The translations under genes were made by a program, and so were the position numbers. Of a DNA stretch of 64,000 bases, positions 42,173-53,470 are shown one piece after another; within the stretch, counting starts at the first letter, position 1, and each line of letters begins with the position of its first letter. Source of the DNA: Octopus vulgaris (taxonomy: Eukaryota); the NCBI GenBank assembly GCA_951406725.2, contig OX597814.1, positions 139,314,001-139,378,000 of the forward strand, written 5' to 3'. Below the pieces are notes generated by a model, which had not been told where the DNA came from, did not search any database, and saw only the letters and a list, made by a program, of their open reading frames with translations.

Positions 42173-42387
42173 CAAAGATAGGATGGTCAAAGCTAGAATG
42201 CCTTAGATCAAAAGTTCTGCCAGATCAAGGTTAAGATTAAACAACAACCATCTAGTCTAACTAGACTTTTTGGACATTAACAATATAAACTTTGAACAAC
42301 AAATGCTGAATCCAACAGACCATCAGTCTCCATTTGGTGTAGTAGTAATAATAGTAATAATAGGAAACACAACACAGTATTGCTTAC

Positions 42388-42485
42388 CACAATGTATCTG
42401 TTTCCAAAAAATGTAGAATTGACCGGATCAGATCTGTTTTAGAACGTTGCAATGGGTTGTCAATAGCTGTATTACATAACATGGT
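42388..42485 (-). CDS. ATPAF2: ATPAF2 coding exon 4
   Basis: tctag|ACC...TG|gtaagc; TMLCNTAIDNPLQRSKTDLIRSILHFLETDTLC; 98 nt, phase 0-2. Confidence 0.96.
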
Positions 42486-42867
42486 CTAGAATATAATAAA
42501 AGAAGACAAGAGTCAATTGATAAGGATTGTATCAAATATTATATACAAAGCACCAGACATCACCATACACAATTACTATGGAACTATAATCTCCAGCAAC
42601 TGCTACAAGGAGAACCTTTTACAATGCTGCAACAGCTGCATTAAAGATACATATTATCTATTCAGAACCAAGAAATACTATACCCTTGATTAGTTATTAA
42701 CATCCTCAAATCTCCAACTATAGAATATTACTTTTATATCCTGATGGCAATAACTCATCTTCTAGATCTTATAAGTTCATATCTGAACAACAAATGATTT
42801 TCCACTTAAAATATGGAAATAAAGAAGTGTTGTGTGCTCAAAGTGAAAGGAACCTGCAGAACATACA

Positions 42868-43295
42868 TGCAGGTGTGGCTGTGTAATAAGTAGCTTGCTT
42901 ATCAACCACATGGTTCCAAGTTCAGTCCCACTGTGTGGCATCTTGGGCAAGTGTCTTCTACTATAGCCTCGGGCCAACCAAAGCCTTGTGAGTGGATTTG
43001 GTAGACAGAAACTGAAAGAAGCCTGTCATATGTGTGTGTTTGTGTGTGTGTGTGTGTGTGCATGTGTGTGTGTGTGAATGTATCTGTGTCTGTGTCTGTT
43101 CCCCCCCACTATTGCCTGACAACTAATGTTAGTGTATTTACATCCCCATAACTTAGCAGTTCAGCAAAAGTGACTGATAAAATAAGTACTGAGGCTTACA
43201 AAGAATAAGTCCTGGGGTCAATTTGTTTGACTGAAGGTGATGCTCCAGCATGGTCACAGTCAAAATGACTGAAACAAATAAAAGAATAAAAGAAA
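42868..43295 (+). mobile_element. tRNA-derived SINE family B (CORE-like TTGGGCAAGTGTCTT, internal (TG)n); representative full copy
   Basis: Other copies at about 163-330, 2500-2760, 6235-6640, 14440-14850(-), 16930-17165, 20400-20745, 23095-23460(-), 29395-29755, 36990-37250, 37885-38045, 38905-39595(-), 59675-60082(-), 60740-61100, 61600-61972, 63100-63395. Confidence 0.88.
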
Positions 43296-43469
43296 AACAA
43301 AGAGACCAAGGAAGATTTGAGGTGAAGTAGTGATCTTAAGACATCTCATGAAGGGGACAACAAAAAACTATACTGATTGGCAACACACAGTGCTGGAGTG
43401 GACCCATCCACCCATTTAAGTATAGCAAAACATGTCAAAAGGCTGGGAGACAATATATATATATATATA

Positions 43470-43672
43470 TAAGGTTAATCCAAACGGGAAAACAGAAAAA
43501 ACAACAACACGTGGAACAATTACAGTATTATTATTATTATTAGGCGCTCAGGAAAATGGAAGAAGGAGGGTATGACGTTTCGAGCGGAGCTCTTCGTCGG
43601 AAACATAGGAGAAAGAAAGATCCCGAGACGGGAGGACAGAGGAAAAAAATTGCAGGTAGTCTTCACGAGGTC
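43470..43672 (-). mobile_element. Short Penelope pLTR/retrozyme-like element embedded in (TA)n
   Basis: (TA)n on both sides; carries a hammerhead-like motif; a related, more decayed copy lies at about 2290-2490 on the plus strand. Confidence 0.6.
43573..43604 (-). ncRNA. Minimal hammerhead ribozyme-like motif
   Basis: GTTT-CCGACGA-A-GAGC-TCC-GCTC-GAAAC-GTCA: the core differs from CUGANGA at one position, stem II is perfect, GAAAC follows. Confidence 0.55.
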
Positions 43673-45030
43673 ATATATATATATATATATACTGTCCAGT
43701 CTACATGTGTTGCCTCTTCCAACACCTTGTTACTCATCCACCTCTTTATCACTCATAACTAAGGATCAGAGTGAGCCTTTTTTACTCACTGTACTATGCT
43801 CCCTGCATACCTAGAGACGTTACTGAATCTACCCAGCCCTATCATCTCTCTGAAAATAACTCTTTTCTTCCTGTTCCTTCTGCTATGATGCCTATGTAAC
43901 AAAGTATGGCATTGGAACTATCTTTATTCAATCCCCTCCCAAACACCATCCTTATCATTATCTCCTCTGTCAATGACAAGGCTAATGTATAAAAAACTGC
44001 ATCAAACCTGCTTGTACCCCAAACACTCTATCATCACCCTATCAATATGTCCAGTCATTACTTCCTCTCTCTCTTTGACCACTTGCTATTGTTATCTATT
44101 ATTCACTCTTAAATCCATCCATTTCTACCTCCATTACTATCCATCATCCTCTCTCTCTCTCTCCTCTACTTTCTCACTCCATTCAATTTGTTTCTACCCT
44201 CACACTGTTGCTCATCAGCCTTTTCCTCCCATTGCTCTCTTCTCAGTTATGTTGCTTTGAGTGAATGAACACCTCACAGAGCAGTAAGGACTCTTTAGTT
44301 TTATGAAATATACAGCAACCTTACAATTGTTGGTGTACAACAAAATGCACTCACTACACTCTTTAATATGGTTGTCAAACAAGCACAGAATGCTTTAATC
44401 TTGTCGAGAAGATGACAACCTCTCTAGTGCTGGTGCCATGATAAAATGTATTCAGTTGACTCTGAATAATGGTTAGCAATAGGAAGGGCATCCAGCCATA
44501 GAACCTAAACCAAAATAGAGTGTACATACAAGATGTGGTCCTCCAATTCCTCTAGATTGGGCAGCAACTCTGGATAAGAACCAACTTCATCAATGCCAAC
44601 ACAGAAAATGAACATGTATTGATGATGTTTATGGTGATGGTAGAGGTGGTTATGATATTTATGATGATGGTGGTGATGATGCTGCTACTGATGATGATGA
44701 TTATGATGACGATCCAGTCTCTGACCTATTGCTGTATCATAACCTCTATTTCCTTCTATTACTATTACAACAGATTTTACTTTTTGTTTTGTTTTTTTTT
44801 CAGAACTTACTACCTACCATTCCTAACTTCTACTCCAAAGCTACCTATTGCTTCCAACCATCCCATTTTCATCTGATAGACAGTATTTCACTCCCTAAAA
44901 CATAAAACCCAACAAAATTTTCATGTAGCCTTTTATTCTAACAATCACCATTCCACCTGTTTCCATGAAATGCTTAACTCCAATTCTTTAAACTTCATAT
45001 TCACCACACCACTCTCATTCTTTCCTGTCA

Positions 45031-47160
45031 ATATTCTAGACAGCACCCTGGTAGATAAAGCAATTAAGGATATGAAGCCAGGAAAAGCCCGCCCATCAGG
45101 AATCACTGCTAAAATGCTTAAAACACCTGGTGGTATGGGCTATGGCCTAGTCACCCATATTGTAAACTAAGTAGTTCATGACTGGCATAGCAGCACCATA
45201 GTCAACTGCTATAAAGGTAAAGGTGATGCTTTAGATAGAAATAACTACAGAAGTATCAAACTGCTGGATAAGGTGATGAAGGTCATGGTGAGGGTCATAG
45301 CCCAACTAACTAGGGAGAGAGTCTTCTTAGTTGAGATGCAGTTTGGTTTTGTGCCAGGTAGAAGCACCACTGATACTATATTCCTTGTACAGCAACTGCA
45401 AGAGAACTATCTAGCCAAAGACAAACCCCTATATTTGGCTTTTGTGGACTTGGAGAAAGCCTTTGACAGGGTCTCCCAATCCCTTATCTGGTGATTGACA
45501 AATGGTTAATAAGGGCTGTACAGGCCCTATACAGAGAAGCCATTAGTAGGGTTAGGATAGGAAATGAGTATAGTGAAGAATTCCGGGTAGAAGTAGGGGG
45601 CCCACCAAGGATCAGTCCTCAACCCCTCTTATTCATAATAGTCCTCCAGACAATAACAGAGGAATTCAAGACAAGTTGCCCCTGGGAACTCCTCTATGCT
45701 GATGACCTGGCCCTCATAGCAGAATCACTACCAGAATTAGAGAAGAAACTTCAAGTTTGGAAACAAGGTTTAGAATTGAAGGACCTTAGAGTCAATGTTA
45801 CAAAGACCAAAGTTCTAGTAAGTAGGAAGGTGAACACATCACACACCCCTTCAGGTAGGTGGCCCTGCTGGATCTGTAGAAAAGGTGTAGGTAGAAACTC
45901 CATAAGATGTACCCAGTGTAAGCTATGGACACATAAGAGGTGCAGTAACATCAAAGGAAGATTAACCGGAAAGATAGTTTTCACGTGCAGCAGATACACA
46001 GAAGCAATAAACACCATAGATGCTCAGAAAACAGACTCTATCATATGCCAGGGGAAGAACCTAGAAGTAGTGGATAGCTTCCACTACCTAGGTGACCCAG
46101 CCTGTAGTGGGTTTGGATGCTCAGAGAGTGTTAGAATAAGAATAGCCTAGGCAAAGCTCAAAAAATTTCTATTCCTACTGGTGACAAAGGACCACTCGCT
46201 CAGAGTGAAAGGTAGATTGTATGATGCATGTATGGGAACTGCCATACTTCACAGCAGTGAAACATGGGCCGTGACTGCTGAAGACATGCATAGGCTCAAA
46301 AGAAATGAAGCTAGCATGATCCACTGGATGTGTAATGTCAGTGTGCACACACAACAGAGTGTAAGTGCCCTGAGAGAAATGTTAGACATAAGAAGCATCA
46401 CTGGGAAAGTGGCCTTAACATTTCTGCAGTGGAGGATGAATCTTCTTGAGTACAGCAAACCACCAGGTATCTTGGTTTGCAAGAGAGACGTTTCCATTGG
46501 TATGGTCATGTACTGTGGATGGATGAGGAGAGCTGTATGAAGAAGTGCCACGCCCAAACAGTGGAAGGAATCAGGAAGATATGAGATGAGATGGTGAAGC
46601 ATGACCTTCGAACATTGGGCCTCACAGAGGCAATGACAAAAGACCAAAACTTCTGGAGGTATGCTGTGACTGAGAAGACCAGGCAAATAAAATGAGTCCA
46701 CTGCTGTAACCTACACCAGTGTGGCATAACCAGCCCACTCAAAAGTACCTTGGATCGTAGAATGACATGCCATGCTTGAGGAGATCTATTGAGTCAAGTA
46801 CTTCAACATCAGCAATATCAAAATCAAATCAAATGGAAATTGTAGTTGTGAGCCCCATGCCAGTAGCATGTAAAAAGCACCATCCGAATGTGGCCGATGC
46901 CAGTACCGCTATGACTAACTTCCATGCTGGTGGCACGTAAAAAGCAGCATCCAATCGTGGTATGCCAGCTCCTCTGGCCCCTGTGCTGGTGGCACGAAAA
47001 AAGCACCCACTACACTCACGGAATGGTTGGCATTAGGAAGGGCATCTAACTGTAAAAAACCCTGCTAGATCATATTGGGACCTGATGCAGCCTCCTGGCT
47101 TCCCAGACCCCAGCCGAACCATCCAACCCATGCCAGCATGGAAAACGGACGTTAAGTAGT
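45031..47160 (+). mobile_element. 5'-truncated RTE-clade LINE (RT pseudogene plus 3' UTR), antisense in ATPAF2 intron 3
   Basis: QFGFVPGRSTTD, LAFVDLEKAFDRV and LLYADDLAL motifs; Cys-rich insert WPCWICRKGVGRNSIRCTQCKLWTHKRC; stops and frameshifts; 3' UTR with TGGCACGTAAAAAGCA repeats, GGAAGGGCATC and GGACGTTAA end. Confidence 0.92.
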
Positions 47161-47276
47161 GGTGGTGGTGGCAGCGGCAGCAGTGGAGGAGGAGGACAAA
47201 ACCTACTTTACATAAACACTAAAGAATCCATTAAAAACATTAAAGCACACAGAAGAATATACTGAAGTTGACATAC

Positions 47277-47422
47277 CAAATGCATTTTGTTTTGTTTGAT
47301 TATATTCTTTTGACCATTCCATTCAGTAGCAACAGCTAAGGCCAAGCTTTCATTAGGAACAATGAAGACGTTACCAAGAGGTGTCCGAAGTTTACGCTTG
47401 TCAAGGTTGATTTCAAACTGGC
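47277..47422 (-). CDS. ATPAF2: ATPAF2 coding exon 3
   Basis: ttcag|GC...TTG|gtatgt; GQFEINLDKRKLRTPLGNVFIVPNESLALAVATEWNGQKNIIKQNKMHL, the characteristic ATP12 block; 146 nt. Confidence 0.97.
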
Positions 47423-48444
47423 CTGAAAGACAAAAAAAAACAATGGATATTTGGGAAAATCTCATCAAATAATAATAATTATAATTTCTAATATGGGTGC
47501 AGGGCCAGAAATTTTGAGGAAACAGAGAATTAATTAAATGGACTTGGATTTTAACAGCTACTTTAATTTATCAACCTAGGAACAATAAAAGGTAAAGATG
47601 ACATTGGCAAGATTTGAACTCAGATTGTGAATAGCTGTAACAAATACAGGAAGAATATCTACATTGTCAACACCAAAAAAACCAAGATACCTGGTGCTTT
47701 GCTGTACTCAAAAAGACCCGTCCTCCACTGCAGAAATGTTAAGGCCACTCCCCGCTGGTGAAGAGGACTGGCCTTCAAGAGTCCTGTGCCAGTGACACAT
47801 AAAAAGCACTTGTGACAGTGCCACATAAAAGCACTCATGCTGGTGCCACGTTAAAAGCATCTAGTACACTCTGTAAAGTGGTTGGCATTAAAAGGGCATC
47901 CAGCTATTGAAACAAAGCCAAACCAGACTGGAACCTGGTACCACTTGCCAGCTCTGGCCAAACCATCCAACCCATACCAGCATGGAAAATAGACGTTAAA
48001 GGATGATGATGATACACTTACATAATTGCTCCTACCCCCACTGACTGACATGAACAAATCAGAGTTCAGCAACCAACAAAGATAACAAAAATAGCAATTC
48101 ACATTACATATACACTACGCAACAAACTGATGAAATAATAACACCAGAGACACCATCATCATCATCATTTAACATTTGTTTTGCATGTTAGCATGGACTA
48201 GATGGTCAGACAAGGGCTGGCAAGGCCAGAAGCTGCACCAGGTTCTGGGCTGGCAAGGCCAGAAGCTGCACCAGGTTCCATAGTCTGTTTTAGCTCGGTT
48301 CCTATGGTTGGATGCCTACCACTTTACAGATTATTCTTAATCAACTTTAACAATCTTCTAACAACACAGCCTTATACCTAAGTAAAATCATTATTAACTA
48401 AACCATAAGAAGGGGAAAATAGATTAAAGAGGAAAAAAACTCAC

Positions 48445-48489
48445 CATTATTTTGAGAAATTGTTGCAGCCTTGTAAAATTTTTTCAATT
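48445..48489 (-). CDS. ATPAF2: ATPAF2 coding exon 2
   Basis: tttacag|AATTGAAA...AATG|gtgag; encodes (E)LKKFYKAATISQNN(G), matching the ATP12 KRFY motif; 45 nt, phase 1-1. Confidence 0.93.
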
Positions 48490-49954
48490 CTGTAAAGAGA
48501 TTGGTAAAAAAGGGAAAGCACTTAAAATTACTGATAAAGAGCTCAATTTGAGATCGGGTTAAGAACAATAATTTACATAGAATAATTTTAAAATCCATAC
48601 ACCCAGTTTAAAATCACCTGATTTTAAGAGGAATACATTTTAGTGCAAGGATTTAGGCCAGACCTCTGGACTGAGAATGACCCAATCCAAAAATAACTTC
48701 TTCCTTTTCCCTCACTAATTTCAGGGTCCCTGAAAAGGCACATAGACCCTACTAATCTTCAACTGGCTAAATTAAACAAAAAAATTTTTTTTAATTACTT
48801 GATGGCCGCTTCACATTGAGAAGTTTGACCCAGTCAATTAGTTTTCTTTTCATCAGCAACATCATTTAATGTTTATTTTCGAAGCTGACATGAGGTGGAT
48901 AGTTTGACAGGAGCTGGCAAAACAAGAGTTGCACCAGGTTCCATAGGCAGTTTTGACCTGATTTCTACAGCTGGATGCCCTTCCTAATACCAACCACTTT
49001 ACAAAGTGTACTGGGTGTTTTTTTTTATGTGACACCAGCACCACTGATTTTTATTTGGCACCATCACCACTGCTTTATACATGGCACTATCACCAGTGCT
49101 TTTTACATAGCACCAGCACCTGTGCTTTGCACATGGTACCATCATCAGTGCTTTTTGTGTGGCACCATAAACAATGCTTTCTTGATTGTTAGGGAATGAA
49201 ATGGGGAGGGAAAAGGTTGACAGGGTAGAGGACAGTGAATTGGCCAGATGAGCAGAGCATCAGACAAAATGTTCTGCAGTGTTGGCTACATTTCTACATG
49301 TTCTGAATTTAATTCCTGACTAGTTCAAATTTACTCTTCATTTTTCTGGAGCCAATAAGATAAGCACAAGTCAAGTTGTGGAAACTAAGTAGACCACGTA
49401 CTAGGATACTGTTAACAACATTAAGATTTCCACCAAGTTCAGTGAGGAATTTAACTCTTTAACATTCACATTATTCTGTCAAAAGTAATGCTTATTTATT
49501 CACATTGTTTTGAATTAATCAGGTATTATTTTGTAGTTTTGAGATTTTGATGAGGTAACTGTTAATTTTTTAGAATGATATTGTAGGGTTGATGTGATCT
49601 GACCAGTTTGAACATAAAACAGGTTGAATATTTTGTCTGCATATGGCTGGTTTAAATAATGAAGGATTAATGTATAAATAGATGGTCACTAAGACTGTCT
49701 TCAATAAATGACATTGAAGACAGTTTTATAAGATGATACAACACAAAGTTTTAGGATTTTTTGTTCTTGGAAACTTTTATATGCAATAATTTGGTCTTCA
49801 ACTATTATAAAAGCTGATACAGTGCAGAAGAGACATGTCAGTCAGTCCTGTCAGACAACTTGTGTAATAGTTTGTATTAGGAAGAGCACACACTATTAAA
49901 AAACACATCAAACCCTAATTGCACATACAGGACTAATACTATAATAGCACTATT

Positions 49955-50545
49955 TGGCTCAGTGGTAAGAGCATTGAGTTTGGTAAAGGCGGTGAGCTGG
50001 CAGAATCGTTAGCACACAGGGCAAAATGCTTAGCGGTATTTTGTCTGCTGTTACGTTCTGAGTTCAAATTCCGCCGAGGTTGACTTTGCCTTTTATCCTT
50101 TCGGGGTCAATTAAATAAGTACCAGTTACGCATTGGGGTCGATATAATCAACTTAATCCGTTTGTCTGTCCTTGTTTGTCCTCTCTGTGTTTAGCCCCTT
50201 GTGGGTAGTAAAGAAATAGGTAGGAGCATTGAGCTTGCAATCATGTGGTTGTGTATTCAATTCCCAGGCTGGGCTTGTGTTGTGTTCTTGAGTAAGCCAC
50301 TTTATTTCACATTGCTCCAGTTCACTCAACTGTAGAAATAAGTTGTGACATCACTTGCAGCCAAGCTGTATCAGCCTTTGCTTTTCCCTTGGACAACATT
50401 GGTGGCATGGAGATGGAAGACTAGCATGCATGGGCAACTGCTGGTCTTCCACAAATAAGCTTGCCCAAACTTGTGCCTCAGAGGGAAACTTTCTGGGTGC
50501 AATACCATGGTCATTTGTGACCGGGGGGGGGGTCTTTACCCTTTA
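49955..50545 (+). mobile_element. SINE family C with a SINE A (49985-50218) inserted in its tRNA-like head
   Basis: TGGCTCAGTGGTAAGAGCATTGAG head interrupted; GAGCATTGAG duplicated; the tail matches the copy at 2915-3262. Confidence 0.8.
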
Positions 50546-52264
50546 CCACATATAGTAGTATAGTGGTCAAGTAGGAATATTAGACCATGTGTGAACACCC
50601 TTCAAATCACCATGTCAACTTTCTTTCTTGCAGATACAAAACCAAACAACCAAAACGCCATCAGAAACTCCCCTCTCCCTGACAAACTGCACCATCAATG
50701 TATGTATAACAAATTATAGGTTTGGAGAGATTGTGGAGATGTCATTGAATGAAGACAGTCCTGGCAACCATCTATTGATGTGTTAAATTCCTCACTAAAC
50801 TTTTTGGCAATCTCAACTTTGTTAATAGCACCATAGTGCATAGTTTGTGTAGTTCCCATAACCCTGACATTTAACTGGCCCTTATTTTATTGACTCTAGA
50901 AGAATGAAGGATAAATTTGAACTAGGCAGGATTTGAACTCAGAACAAATAAAAATGTAACTGCACACTGTAAATCTCTTTCCAATCTTTCCAGCTTCACC
51001 TTTAATTTCCCAATGAGTGACCAAGAAGCTCACTCATTGATTCCAGACTGATACTTTTTGGAAGATCGTAAAGGTTGTTATGTTCATGTCTATTTTAGAT
51101 ACTTGTGTATGTATATCAATGTGATCATACACATATTAAAGTCACTTGTACTAGTGAAATTGTCGAAAGAGTTAATCGAAAATAGAGTTTGCATCTATTA
51201 CGTTTTAATTTATTTTTAACTAGTCATAGAGTCCCTATATTGTAATGGAATAGTAAAGAGGAGTTGTGATATTTTTACTTTTGCCGTCAAGAACATTGGT
51301 TTCGAATGAGAAAAACACGTTTTCGCAGTTCTACAACAACTCGAAGACATGAAGGATGTCCTTCACCAGAGTTGCTACGGATAAAACTAAAACTGGGGGC
51401 TGTTTTAGCGATCCCTGATTAAATCATTAAAAATAAAACATAACTTCAAAAGCTGTCTCTCCTCTGACTAGTCTAACACTGAAACAACGAGATCATAATA
51501 GTTGTTTAGCATAAGGTTAATAGTGAGCGATAGGCCTATCTTTGATAAACAGCATTTCAGTTGTTACCATCCCGACTTCCTAGGAATATCTAAATCTATT
51601 TTATCTAATGCCTTTCCTTTTTCTAAGACAATAAGGGGTGTTATTTGAGGAAGATTTGGTAGGGTCTTTAACAAGACAGGCAATCATATAGAGGCTCCCT
51701 AATATAATAGTAGGTTTGTGTTTTGCTAAAACGAGCAGCGTTACACATGTATAACATTGGGTTTTCTAACTATATAAATACATCATCAAACACGAGTTAC
51801 AACCCGACTGGGGGTCAAGGACACAGCAATGACGAAGATATAATAAACTTTTTAACAGTGTCTAACGACAAACAAAATCTGATCGAGGACAATATACAAA
51901 TATTCAAAACCATATATATATGTGTGTGTGTGTGTGTTTATGTATGTATATAAATATATACACGATAGTTAAGAGTGCAAGTACTTTAGATAACAAGGCA
52001 AGGCTCGCTTAACGGGTTACTAGGTTTCGATTCCAGATTAAGGATATTTCAGTTCCCATGCACTATTGCCTGGAAAAGGCTTAAATGGCATGATTTCCCA
52101 TTTCCTCCTTCCTTTGAATGTATCACCATAAAACCCAAAGTCAAGAAAACAATATTTACAAGATTTTAGAGAACCAAAGACGATCAACGTAAAAGTGTAT
52201 TAAAATTTCTTTTTAAGAGAACGATAACAGCGCAGAAATAATTTTAGTACAGGAGTCAATATAC

Positions 52265-52376
52265 CTTTCGAGTGTAATTTCCTAGTAAATACAGTGTTTA
52301 TGGCATTAGAGAGGGGAAATTTCTTGAGAAAGGGATGAAACCGTTGCAAAACACCGTTAGCGGCAGCAGAAGCCAT
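52265..52376 (-). CDS. ATPAF2: ATPAF2/ATP12 coding exon 1 (mitochondrial targeting peptide-like N-terminus)
   Basis: ATG at 52376-52374. Translates MASAAANGVLQRFHPFLKKFPLSNAINTVFTRKLHSK (basic, no acidic residues). Ends AAAG|GTAT; 112 nt, phase 1, matching exon 2. Confidence 0.88.
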
Positions 52377-52569
52377 GTTGAAAAAAGAGAATTAGCAAGT
52401 TGGTTTGTAAAATATCATCTAATTGGTTAATCAGACCGGAAGTAGGCGTAGTAACCAATTGATGTTGGCGTTACATAGCAGGCGTAAAAATCTTCTAAGT
52501 GGAAGACGTTCATTCTTCCGTGTTTATGGTGTAAGTAAACAAACCTAGCAAAGTGCTTCTAAAAAAAAA
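52377..52569. promoter_or_regulatory. Bidirectional promoter and 5' UTRs shared by ATPAF2 and GID4
   Basis: 193 bp between divergent ATGs; ATTGG 52422-52426, ETS/GABP-type CCGGAAGT 52436-52443, CCAAT 52455-52459; CpGs retained; no repeats. Confidence 0.8.
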
Positions 52570-52713
52570 ATGCCGCAAAATATCATAGACCCTCCACCGC
52601 CCGAAAACCATCATCTTGCTGGAATGCCCACAAATCTTTTATACAACGGCTCTCGATTCAACGGACATCAAAAAAGCAAAGGCAATTCATACGATGTTGA
52701 AGTGGTTTTACAG
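52570..52713 (+). CDS. GID4: GID4 (GID/CTLH complex substrate receptor, Vid24 family) coding exon 1; later exons not found in the window
   Basis: ATG 52570; [48 protein letters not shown] then CAG|[22 protein letters not shown] matches vertebrate GID4 as I recall it; 144 nt, phase 0. Confidence 0.93.
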
Positions 52714-52966
52714 GTGAGAACGATAAGTTACTGACTAAATCTATCTTATTCTGCCGAACAATCTGGTTTGTTTTAGCATAAATCTTTCGACTGTTTCCTC
52801 CTATATCAGAGCAATCGCATTATTACAGCATCTGCAGTTTACGTCCACCACTGCATCATTTGATCTCCGATGTAATTTGAAAATGAAAATTTCAATGTAA
52901 ATGTCAGCTGTCTCTAACATCATCGTTTCTCTTTCTCTCTCTCTCTCTCCGCACACACATACACAC

Positions 52967-53001
<35 letters not shown>

Positions 53002-53405
53002 ATACATACTTTTGTGTTTCTGAATTTGTTCTCGATTATTCTTGTTTTCAATGTTTTTGGTCATCATATTGAATTAGAAATATGTACTCTGTGTGTGTGT
53101 GTGTGTTTATATGTATATATATACACACAGACACACATATATAGATATGTATGTAGTCACAATCTGAATAATGTGAATTAAGAAATATAGGATCAGTAAT
53201 CGCGAAATGTCTGTTTCCTTTCCTTGTTGCATTCATGAATAAATTTGCTTTGGATTGTTATCAACATTGTCTCAGTTGATGTTCACGAGTTCTAATGATA
53301 ATTATCCTAAGTGTGTCCTATGATATGATTGTCCTTCATGTCACACTATCTCATATCAATGTGATGTCTGTCCATCGAGAAAAGACATTGACATCAGCAT
53401 GTGTA

Positions 53406-53470
<65 letters not shown>

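Noticed and set aside
49694-49724. 12-bp inverted repeat ACTGTCTTCAAT/ATTGAAGACAGT
   Set aside because: Short, intronic and single; no evidence of function.
51458-51492. CTGACTAGTCTAACACTGAAAC hammerhead-like string
   Set aside because: Core mismatch, only a 3-bp stem II and no second copy in the window.
52526-52536. ATGGT followed by GTAAGT upstream of the GID4 ATG (possible donor or micro-exon)
   Set aside because: No supportable acceptor before 52570 and no transcript evidence.
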